Shown here: in pieces, positions 8,188 through 15,294 of the stretch | Numbering within the stretch: position 1 is the first letter of the stretch | Layout of the letters: each line of letters starts with the position of its first letter | IMG/VR virus record: IMGVR_UViG_3300048894_000019 | Location: 1 to 40,508 of that record | Length of the DNA stretch: 40,508 nt | Reading direction: 5' to 3' (one strand) | From: a virus | Taxonomy: Duplodnaviria; Caudoviricetes | Translations under genes and position numbers: made by a program | Notes under the pieces: model-generated | The model's database searches: none | What the model was told of the DNA's origin: nothing | What the model saw: only the letters and a program-made list of their open reading frames with translations

Positions 8188-8251
8188 GTCAACCATGATT
8201 GACCGCGACTTGTCAACGATGGCTGACCCGATCCGGTCAACACTGGTTTAC
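8188..8251. promoter_or_regulatory. OR-like operator triplet
   Basis: 16-bp imperfect palindromes GTCAACCATGATTGAC (8188), GTCAACGATGGCTGAC (8212), GTCAACACTGGTTTAC (8236), exactly 24 bp apart; TTGACA on the minus strand at 8211-8216. Confidence 0.85.
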
Positions 8252-8914
8252 ATGGAGACCCTGGGCGAGCGGTTACGACTGGAGCGCGTTGGCGCCGGCC
8301 TCACGCAGCAGCAGCTCGCCGACGAAGCGGGAGTCACCAAACAGGCGGTCTCGCAGATCGAAAGCGGAGCAACGAAGAACCCGGAAGCGGCGACGCTAGA
8401 GCCGATCTGTCGGCGCCTAAATCTCAATATGCGCTGGCTGCAATCGAAGATCGGGCCGAAACATCCGGCGACAGCCGCGTCGTCCGACTCGTTCGACGAC
8501 GTCGCTGGTTACGCGCACGGCGCCGGGATGGGGGACGGCCAGGTCGCCGAGGACTTCGCCGAAACGCATCGATTGAAGTTCCGCGCCGAAAGCCTGCGCA
8601 GCAAGGGCCTCGACGCGAAGCGGCTGAAAGTCTATTACGGCCAAGGCGATTCGATGGAGCCAACGATCGAGCATGATGATGCGATCATGTTCGACACTGG
8701 CGACGCCATCCCGCGCGACGACAGCATCTTCGTGATCGAATCGATCGAGGATGGAACGATCGCGAAACGCCTGCGCAATTATGGCGGCCGCTGGTTCGTG
8801 GTGAGCGACAATAAGTCAGATCCCAAGTGGCGCGATCCGATCCCGCTTGACGACAAGCGCCGCGGGTTCCACATTGTCGGCCGCGTGCGCTGGATAGCGC
8901 GATGGAAGGACTGA
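8252..8914 (+). CDS. cI: CI-like repressor (XRE HTH plus S24 peptidase)
   Basis: LGERLR...GLTQQQLA...GVTKQAVSQIESG; GAG cleavage site; GDSMEPTI Ser and AKRL Lys; IVGRV. Confidence 0.93.
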   Translation: METLGERLRLERVGAGLTQQQLADEAGVTKQAVSQIESGATKNPEAATLEPICRRLNLNMRWLQSKIGPKHPATAASSDSFDDVAGYAHGAGMGDGQVAEDFAETHRLKFRAESLRSKGLDAKRLKVYYGQGDSMEPTIEHDDAIMFDTGDAIPRDDSIFVIESIEDGTIAKRLRNYGGRWFVVSDNKSDPKWRDPIPLDDKRRGFHIVGRVRWIARWKD

Positions 8915-8915
8915 A

Positions 8916-9461
8916 ATGCGAATCCTGAAGATCGTCACCCTGCTCTGCGCGATGCTATCAGGCAGCGCGATTGCCGCCGGCATGCAGCCAGCGCCCTCAA
9001 TGACGGTTGGTGGTTTCGTGATCGGGCAACCGCTGCCGCAAGACTGCGCAGCCAGCGACCAGGCGCCGTGCGTTCTACATGATGCGGCGGCCATTGGCGG
9101 AAAGACCAGGCTCAAATTTCAGGCAGAAACGCCAGGACTGAACGGACAGCATCTTCCGGAAGCGATTGTCGTCGATGGCAAGCTCGAAGGCGTTCGCATC
9201 TTCACGACAGGCATCGATTCGCAGCGAGCCTGGCTCAAGACGCTCAGCGACAAATATGGCAAGCCACTCGAGCTGGCAGACGTGCAGACGCGGAACCGAA
9301 TGGGCGCGACGTTCTCAGTGATTCGCGCGGGCTGGGTCTTTTCGGATCTCGTGGTCACGTTCGACGGCGCATCGAAGCAGATCGATCTCGGTGTCGTGAC
9401 AATCGAGACGCAGAAAGGAATGGCGGCCGAGGAAGCTACGCAGTCGCCAAGCTCGCTTTGA
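8916..9461 (+). CDS. secreted/periplasmic protein co-oriented with cI (lysogen-expressed moron)
   Basis: Sec signal MRILKIVTLLCAMLSGSAIA; starts 1 nt after the cI stop. Confidence 0.7.
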   Translation: MRILKIVTLLCAMLSGSAIAAGMQPAPSMTVGGFVIGQPLPQDCAASDQAPCVLHDAAAIGGKTRLKFQAETPGLNGQHLPEAIVVDGKLEGVRIFTTGIDSQRAWLKTLSDKYGKPLELADVQTRNRMGATFSVIRAGWVFSDLVVTFDGASKQIDLGVVTIETQKGMAAEEATQSPSSL

Positions 9462-9488
9462 GCCAGCGAAATCCCGGAATAACGAACG

Positions 9489-9896
9489 CTAGAGCTTCAC
9501 ATCAAGCCATATTCCGAGGCTTCGCCCACGCCCGCCGCCGATAATCAACGCGTTGCATTCCTGATGGGCGGCTTGATGATGTTTTCGATAGCGGCGGGCA
9601 TCGGCGCGCGCTAGATATGCCACCGTGCGGCCGTTGACATCAACGCGAACCGCATGATCGTCATACGGATTGCTGTCCTCAAATACGAGGACCGCTGTGC
9701 ATCCATGCCGAACCTCACCCTTTCCTGCCGCCGCGCGAAGGGCTGGCTGGTAGTGCGATTCCCCTACTGCCCCGATCGAATAGCCGTCAAAATCTGATTC
9801 TTGGCTGGAACTTGCACGCCGATCCGGCACGTTGACGCGAATCCGCGCCACAAGCACTAGCGCGACGACGACCACCAGCAACCAAAACCATCCCAT
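9489..9896 (-). CDS. membrane-anchored HIRAN-domain protein
   Basis: N-terminal TM (WFWLLVVVVALVLVA); VGESHYQ...L.FEDSNPYDDHAVRV..NG..VAYL HIRAN motif. Confidence 0.75.
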   Translation of the reverse strand: MGWFWLLVVVVALVLVARIRVNVPDRRASSSQESDFDGYSIGAVGESHYQPALRAAAGKGEVRHGCTAVLVFEDSNPYDDHAVRVDVNGRTVAYLARADARRYRKHHQAAHQECNALIIGGGRGRSLGIWLDVKL

Positions 9897-9919
9897 TTCT
9901 GGAGTATCTACGCCATTAG

Positions 9920-9958
9920 GTAAAGCATGGTTGACATGCTGCGTCAATCATGGTTGAC
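9920..9958. promoter_or_regulatory. OL-like operator pair / early rightward promoter
   Basis: GTAAAGCATGGTTGAC (9920) and GTCAATCATGGTTGAC (9943, exact reverse complement of the 8188 operator); TTGACA at 9931. Confidence 0.85.
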
Positions 9959-9983
9959 TGACTCCCATACACCGGGAGCCGAT

Positions 9984-10322
9984 ATGAACCAACGCGCCGC
10001 AATCACCCCTCTTCCGTTCAAGCCCAGCGCCGAGCTCGGCCTGCACGGCCCCGACCTGCTCGAGCAATTCGCCGAGCGGTACGCCAACAACGGTTTCGAG
10101 ATCGAGGCCGACGTCCTGCAGCGCTGCGCGAAGGAGTGGCGCGGCGAGCGTGACACCGGAGAAGTCCAGGCGCCGGCGGCCGCCGAGCGCGCGCCGGACG
10201 GCACGATCGTCTGCGAAATGATCGAGACCGATTTCCGTACTGGCCATATCCAGGTGCGCGCGATCGGCAAGTTCCGCGTCGGCGCGGGCCGCTACTGGCT
10301 GATGCCGCTGGTGCAATCATGA
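9984..10322 (+). CDS. hypothetical protein, first gene of the early operon
   Basis: GGGAG RBS upstream of MNQRAA; stop overlaps the next start. Confidence 0.7.
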   Translation: MNQRAAITPLPFKPSAELGLHGPDLLEQFAERYANNGFEIEADVLQRCAKEWRGERDTGEVQAPAAAERAPDGTIVCEMIETDFRTGHIQVRAIGKFRVGAGRYWLMPLVQS

Positions 10323-10714
10323 TCGCGCGCGCCAAGAAACCCGCGAAGCCAGCAGCAGCGACCGCGCCTTCCACCTTCACCGTCGGCGACCTCGCATGGT
10401 GCGTGCTTTGCGACGGCAAACCCGTCGATGCAGCCACCCACGAGAAGGCCGTTGCAGACCTGGGCGCCGACTGGCGCATGCCCACGCTCTACGAGCTCCA
10501 GTACGGCTCGCCGCTGGATCGCACGCGCTTCAATCCAGCCTTCGACGCCGCGAAGTACCCGATGTTGAAAGCCGGTTGGTATCGCTCAGGCGATCCGGCG
10601 GCTTGGTCTCCCGAGTCGTGCGCGTGGGGCGTCCATTTCGGCGGCGGCGTCGTCGGCGACTACCACCGCGGCTACGCCGGGTTCGCGTTGGCCGTGCGCC
10701 GCGCCAGTCAGTAA
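10319..10714 (+). CDS. DGR target protein 1 (DUF1566/CLec-like)
   Basis: DWRMPT..EL, NPAFD...P, C-terminal VR; paralog of target 3. Confidence 0.9.
   Translation: MIARAKKPAKPAAATAPSTFTVGDLAWCVLCDGKPVDAATHEKAVADLGADWRMPTLYELQYGSPLDRTRFNPAFDAAKYPMLKAGWYRSGDPAAWSPESCAWGVHFGGGVVGDYHRGYAGFALAVRRASQ
10596..10708 (+). repeat. DGR variable repeat VR1
   Basis: 113 bp matching the TR with 18 mismatches, all at TR adenines. Confidence 0.95.
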
Positions 10715-10747
10715 TTGGCCTTTCTGCGCTTCTTCGAGGTCGCTGCC

Positions 10748-10975
10748 ATGAAATGGAACGCGTTGTTCGCTGCTCATCCGCACTTGTCGCTGCTGTTCAT
10801 CGCCGTGATCATCGTCGTGCTGGTCGAGGCCGTGCTGTTCATCGCGCAATGCGTGCGCATGACCACGCACAGCGACTACCCGTTCGAACGGTGGGATGGC
10901 GAAGGCGGCCGCGTGCTGCCTGACGAAGGCGAACACCGCGGCTTCCCGTACACCGGCCAGGACGATGCGCCATGA
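10748..10975 (+). CDS. small membrane protein
   Basis: GAGGT RBS, MKWNALF..., one long TM segment. Confidence 0.65.
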   Translation: MKWNALFAAHPHLSLLFIAVIIVVLVEAVLFIAQCVRMTTHSDYPFERWDGEGGRVLPDEGEHRGFPYTGQDDAP

Positions 10976-11268
10976 GCCCGCGCGAGAAGGTCCTCGTGGG
11001 CGCGCCGCAATCCGCTGCGCTGGAAATGGTCGAGCTGGCTTTCCAGATCGCCAACAGCGCCGCGCGTTCGGATATCGAGTCGTACTGCCGCATGCGACAC
11101 GAAGCGGCAACGCCAGAGCCAGGATGGGGCAGCTACTGGTACGAGGTCGAAACCGCCGCGCCCGATGACAAACGCAACTACATCGATCCGGCCGTGCGCT
11201 TCCTGATGCTCAGCGGGCAGATCGAATTCAGTGCTGGGTGCGTGCGCTTCCTGGTGCCGCCAGCATGA
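10972..11268 (+). CDS. hypothetical protein
   Basis: ATGA coupling at both ends. Confidence 0.65.
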   Translation: MSPREKVLVGAPQSAALEMVELAFQIANSAARSDIESYCRMRHEAATPEPGWGSYWYEVETAAPDDKRNYIDPAVRFLMLSGQIEFSAGCVRFLVPPA

Positions 11269-11513
11269 GCACGGTCCTGCAGTTCCCACGCGCTAGACGC
11301 GCGCTGGCCGACTTGTCCCGTGCCGCCCTGGTGCGTCGCTGCAGGATCGGCGCGCGCATCGACGGCTGCAACGAGGCGCAGCGCTATGTCGTCGCGCATG
11401 CGGCCGGCATCCAGTTCGACCACGGCGCCAAGCCCGACGCGATCTACAACGCCGCGCGCGACCTTGCGAAGAAACTCGTGGCCATGCCGCACGACCAGGA
11501 GCCGCGCCCATGA
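11265..11513 (+). CDS. hypothetical protein
   Basis: Start at MSTVLQFP; ATGA coupling at both ends. Confidence 0.65.
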   Translation: MSTVLQFPRARRALADLSRAALVRRCRIGARIDGCNEAQRYVVAHAAGIQFDHGAKPDAIYNAARDLAKKLVAMPHDQEPRP

Positions 11514-12118
11514 CCTTGTCCGTGATCGTCGTCGCGGGCCTTGGCCGCTGCGGCACCACCATGGTGATGCACATGCTCAACGCGGGCGGAATGGACTGCA
11601 TCGGCAACCGCGCGGGATTCGAGGACGGCCGCACAATCGCGCCTATCGACCGCGACTGGTTCGCAAGCCTCGGCGGCAAGGCCGTCAAGGTGATCGATCC
11701 GCACCACAACACGATGGCCGGCGATGTCCCAAAGCGCGTGATCTGGCTCGACCGGGATCCGGTCGAACAAATGCGCTCGCACGTCAAGATTCAGGAACAA
11801 CTTCTCGGCCTCACGACCGACCGCCAGCAACGGCGCTCCATGCTCGGCAACCTATCGCGTGACCGACGCGCGGCGATGGCGGCCATTGGCAGCGCGCCCC
11901 TCCTGGTCCTGCGCTTCGAATCGCTGCTGGCGCGCGCGTGGCACAGCAGCGAGATCATCGCCACCTTCCTGCAGGACGCCGGTATCTCGGTCGACATCGA
12001 CGCGATGGCAGCCGTGGTCAAGCGCCGGGCGCCGGAGTGCGCTCCGGATCTGGCGATCGAGCTCGAGTATTCGCGCGTGGCCGATGCAGCCGAAGCGACC
12101 GTAGAAGCCCATCCATAA
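11510..12118 (+). CDS. sulfotransferase-family (P-loop) protein
   Basis: VVAGLGRCGTTMV 5'-PSB-like motif, IWLDRDP.E...S 3'-PB-like motif, LRFESLL. Confidence 0.7.
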   Translation: MTLSVIVVAGLGRCGTTMVMHMLNAGGMDCIGNRAGFEDGRTIAPIDRDWFASLGGKAVKVIDPHHNTMAGDVPKRVIWLDRDPVEQMRSHVKIQEQLLGLTTDRQQRRSMLGNLSRDRRAAMAAIGSAPLLVLRFESLLARAWHSSEIIATFLQDAGISVDIDAMAAVVKRRAPECAPDLAIELEYSRVADAAEATVEAHP

Positions 12119-12140
12119 CCGAATCACCCAGGGAATCCCC

Positions 12141-12656
12141 ATGGACATCGCGATCACCATTCACCTCGATCATTCGCCGCCGCAGGCCCCGACCGTTCTC
12201 GTCTTTCCAGGCGAGCAACAGGCATCCGCCAACGGAGCGCGCGATTCCCGCTTCGAACGGATCCTCGAGAACGGTGCGCACGTCGCCACGCTCGACCACA
12301 GCACCGGCCTGATGTGGTGCGTCACGTCGCTCGGCCGCGAGGATGCACCGGAGAAGCAGCAGGACCATACCGCGTGCGTCGCGCGCTGCAAGAACCTGCG
12401 CCTGCTGGGCTTTGATGACTGGCGTCTCGCAGAGCGCAGCGAGGCCGTGACGATCATCGACGACACGCGCCACGAGCCCGCGATCGACACCGCGTACTTC
12501 CCCGGAATCAAGCCGGCCTGGCACCGGCTCAACACCGCGGCGGCTTGGTCTCCCGAGTCGTTCGCGTGGTACGTCCATTTCGGCTACGGCTACGTCAGCT
12601 ACTACCACCGCGGCAGCTCCGGGTTCGCGTTGGCCGTGCGCCGCGCCAGTCAGTAA
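12141..12656 (+). CDS. DGR target protein 2 (DUF1566/CLec-like)
   Basis: DHSTGLMW, LLGFDDWRL, IID...PAIDTAYFP DUF1566 motifs; C-terminal VR. Confidence 0.92.
   Translation: MDIAITIHLDHSPPQAPTVLVFPGEQQASANGARDSRFERILENGAHVATLDHSTGLMWCVTSLGREDAPEKQQDHTACVARCKNLRLLGFDDWRLAERSEAVTIIDDTRHEPAIDTAYFPGIKPAWHRLNTAAAWSPESFAWYVHFGYGYVSYYHRGSSGFALAVRRASQ
12537..12650 (+). repeat. DGR variable repeat VR2
   Basis: 114 bp matching the TR with 14 mismatches, all at TR adenines. Confidence 0.95.
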
Positions 12657-12686
12657 TTGGCCTTTTTGTCCCACCAGGAGTGACCC

Positions 12687-13085
12687 ATGAAAGCAACACC
12701 AGCTGCGAAGAAAACCACGAAGCCGGCGCCCGCTTTGCCCGCGACCTTCACGGTCGGCGATCTCGAATGGTGCGTGCTTTGCGAAGGCAAGGAAGTCAAC
12801 GCCAGCACGCACGAGAAGGCCGTGGCCGCGCTCGGTGGCGACTGGCGCATGCCGACCCGGCAGGAACTCGAGTACGGCTCGCCGCTCGATCTGACGCGTT
12901 ACAACCCGGCGTTCGATGCCGAGAAGTACCCGATGCTGAAAGCGGGCTGGTACCGCTCGTGCACCGCGGCGGCTTGGTCTCCCGAGTCGTGCGCGTGGGG
13001 CGTCCTTTTCGACGTCGGCCTCGTCGGCTACGACCACCGCTCCTTCACCGGGTTCGCGTTGGCCGTGCGCCGCGCCAGTCAGTAA
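12687..13085 (+). CDS. DGR target protein 3 (DUF1566/CLec-like)
   Basis: AGGAG RBS; DWRMPT..EL; C-terminal VR; 59/72 aa identical to target 1 over the core. Confidence 0.92.
   Translation: MKATPAAKKTTKPAPALPATFTVGDLEWCVLCEGKEVNASTHEKAVAALGGDWRMPTRQELEYGSPLDLTRYNPAFDAEKYPMLKAGWYRSCTAAAWSPESCAWGVLFDVGLVGYDHRSFTGFALAVRRASQ
12966..13079 (+). repeat. DGR variable repeat VR3
   Basis: 114 bp matching the TR with 18 mismatches, all at TR adenines. Confidence 0.95.
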
Positions 13086-13107
13086 TTTGACCTTTGGCTG
13101 ATCTCAA

Positions 13108-13554
13108 ATGCCCTCACGCTTCCAGCTGCCGCCGATCATCAAAGCTGCCGAAAGGCTTCTCGTGGATATCGAGAACGCCGTCCGCAGGTTCCCGCGCTAC
13201 CACCGCTACCAGGTGGGCGCGGATCTGCGGCGGCGGGCGATGGACGCGTACCGCACCGCGTGGCGCGCCTGGCAGGACCGCAAGGCTCAGGCGCACTGGG
13301 TGGAGCAGCTGGTGTGGATCGTCGATGAGATCAAGCAGCACCTGCAGATTGGCAAGCAGCTGCACGCGTTCGTGAGTTTCGCCCAGTTCGAAATGCTCTT
13401 CCGCCAGGCGCAAGGGCTTGGCAAGCAGGCCGGCGGATGGCGCCGGGATCTGTCGCACCCCATTGTCCAGAATGCGGACGGCCGTCGTGCCGTTTCGCAG
13501 CGTGACGAGAAACTGAGTGCCCATGCCGCCTCGATGCTCGGGGCCAATCCATGA
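13108..13554 (+). CDS. avd: DGR accessory variability determinant (Avd, four-helix bundle)
   Basis: FPRYHRYQVGADLR...GKQAGGWRR motif; lies between a target gene and the TR. Confidence 0.88.
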   Translation: MPSRFQLPPIIKAAERLLVDIENAVRRFPRYHRYQVGADLRRRAMDAYRTAWRAWQDRKAQAHWVEQLVWIVDEIKQHLQIGKQLHAFVSFAQFEMLFRQAQGLGKQAGGWRRDLSHPIVQNADGRRAVSQRDEKLSAHAASMLGANP

Positions 13555-14846
13555 CGACGCCGCGCTACCCGCAAGGATGTCCGGCCCGGTCGCAAGTGCG
13601 TGGGAGAGCGGCGGCTTGGTCTCCCGAGTCGTACGCGTGGAACGTCAATTTCAACAACGGCAACGTCAACAACAACCACCGCAACAACACCGGGTTCGCG
13701 TTGGCCGTGCGCCGCGCCAGTGAGTTTCAGGGTGCCGAGGGTGTCTCCTTGCGATCGCTCCACGAAGCATGGCGCCGCGCGCGTCGCCAGAAGGTTCCGA
13801 GCCACAACCAGGCACGCTTCGACCGACGCTGGGGCGATGGCCTGCTACAGCTGCAGCGCGAGCTCCTGACGGGCACCTGGGCGCCGCGGCGCGCGACCTG
13901 TTTCATCGCGACCAGGCCGAAGGCGCGCGAGATCCATGCGCCGGACTTTGCCGATCGCGTCGTGCACCACTGGCTCGTGCCGCAGCTGGAGGCGATCTAC
14001 GAGCCGGGCTTCATCCACGACAGCTACGCCAACCGCGCCGGCAAGGGCAGCCATGCAGCGGTGCGGCGCCTGCAGGACTTCGTGCGCCAGGTCGCCAGCG
14101 GCCAGGGCAGCGGCTACTTCCTGCAGCTCGACATCCGCAACTTCTTCGTATCGATCCACCGGCCGACCTTGTGGGCGCTGCTCAGGCAGAGGATGCAAGC
14201 GCGCGGCGTGCCGGACGTCGTACAGCATGCCGTGCACGCGCTGCTGCGGCACGATCCGCTGCATGCCGGCGTCGACATGCGCGCGAGCAGCGACGAGGTC
14301 GCCATGGTGCCGGCGCACAAGCGCCTGGCGAACGCGGCGCCGGGCTGCGGCTTGCCGATCGGCAACCTCAGCAGCCAGTTCTTCGCAAACGTCTACCTCG
14401 ATGCCATCGACCAGTTCGTCAAGCACGTCCTGCGCGTGAAGCGGTACCTGCGCTATGTCGATGACTTCGTTCTGGTGCACCGCGACCGCGCCCAGCTCGC
14501 TGCCTGGCGCGATGCGATTGCCGACTTCCTCGCGACCAAGTTGCGCCTCAGCCTGAAAGCTGACGAACGCCTGCGGCCGCTGGGCGACGGCATCGACTTC
14601 CTCGGTTACATCGTGCGTCCGACGCATACCCTGGTCCGCCGGCGCGTGGTTGCGCATGCGCACGACGCCCTGGCGCGCTGGGAAGCCGTCCACGTTCGCG
14701 GCGCGCGGATCCACGCGACTGCAGATGCCAAGGCGCAGGTCCGGGCCCAACTCGCAAGCTACCAGGGCCATTTCACCCATGCGTCGACGCAAAGGCTTAG
14801 CGCGCGGATCCTCGAGCGCTTTCCATGGATCGAGGACGTCGCATGA
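13551..14846 (+). CDS. DGR reverse transcriptase
   Basis: PKAREIHAPDFADRVVHH, DSYANRAGKGSH, LQLDIRNFF, GLPIGNLSSQFFANVYL, RYVDDF, GIDFLGY; start may alternatively be TTG 13749. Confidence 0.95.
   Translation: MTTPRYPQGCPARSQVRGRAAAWSPESYAWNVNFNNGNVNNNHRNNTGFALAVRRASEFQGAEGVSLRSLHEAWRRARRQKVPSHNQARFDRRWGDGLLQLQRELLTGTWAPRRATCFIATRPKAREIHAPDFADRVVHHWLVPQLEAIYEPGFIHDSYANRAGKGSHAAVRRLQDFVRQVASGQGSGYFLQLDIRNFFVSIHRPTLWALLRQRMQARGVPDVVQHAVHALLRHDPLHAGVDMRASSDEVAMVPAHKRLANAAPGCGLPIGNLSSQFFANVYLDAIDQFVKHVLRVKRYLRYVDDFVLVHRDRAQLAAWRDAIADFLATKLRLSLKADERLRPLGDGIDFLGYIVRPTHTLVRRRVVAHAHDALARWEAVHVRGARIHATADAKAQVRAQLASYQGHFTHASTQRLSARILERFPWIEDVA
13608..13721 (+). ncRNA. DGR template repeat (TR)
   Basis: AAC-rich copy of the three VRs (10 AAY codons, 25 adenines), between avd and the RT core. 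Confidence 0.95.
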
Positions 14847-15052
14847 CGCTCACGCGCAAGGCTGACGTGCTCACGGTGCTGCAGGCCGGTGGGCATATCC
14901 GTGTCGACGCTCCGGACAAGCATCCGCGCCTGGTGCATCTGTTCGATCGCGAAGGCGCGCCGGTCGATGCATGGCAGACAGCCATCTCGTCGTGCTTGTT
15001 CAAGTGCGTCCCAGTCAACGGGGCGCCCATGCGCTGGGAGCTCGCCCAATGA
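14843..15052 (+). CDS. hypothetical protein
   Basis: MTLTRKADVL start coupled to the RT stop (ATGA). Confidence 0.6.
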   Translation: MTLTRKADVLTVLQAGGHIRVDAPDKHPRLVHLFDREGAPVDAWQTAISSCLFKCVPVNGAPMRWELAQ

Positions 15053-15294
15053 TCTGGGACAGGGATCTCTTCGAGCGCCAGCGACTGAGCCGCAGTGCGC
15101 AGATTGCAGTCTGCATGCGCGTGGCGAAGGCCGTGAACGAAGCCGTCTACCTGCAGAACCAGCTCGGCGACGAGGTGTTGAAAAACCTTGTGCATTGCCA
15201 GGTCGACGCCAATCGGGCGCTGCATGCAGCGCGTTCAACGCCGGTCCGAATGCCGCGCGCGCATCCAAGAACGGCAAAACAGGTGACCCCATGA
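15049..15294 (+). CDS. hypothetical protein
   Basis: MIWDRDLF; ATGA coupling at both ends. Confidence 0.55.
   Translation: MIWDRDLFERQRLSRSAQIAVCMRVAKAVNEAVYLQNQLGDEVLKNLVHCQVDANRALHAARSTPVRMPRAHPRTAKQVTP

Larger units (their letters stand above)
10319..14846 (+). mobile_element. diversity-generating retroelement with three targets
   Basis: VR1, VR2, VR3, avd, TR and RT all on the same strand. Confidence 0.93.

Noticed and set aside
10596-13721. The four ~114-bp repeats as a CRISPR array or simple duplications
   Set aside because: Irregular spacing, coding context and strictly A-specific differences
13551-14846. RT as group II intron, retron or Abi RT
   Set aside because: SQ motif, adjacent Avd and TR/VR pairs with adenine-only mismatches identify a DGR; no maturase or endonuclease extension
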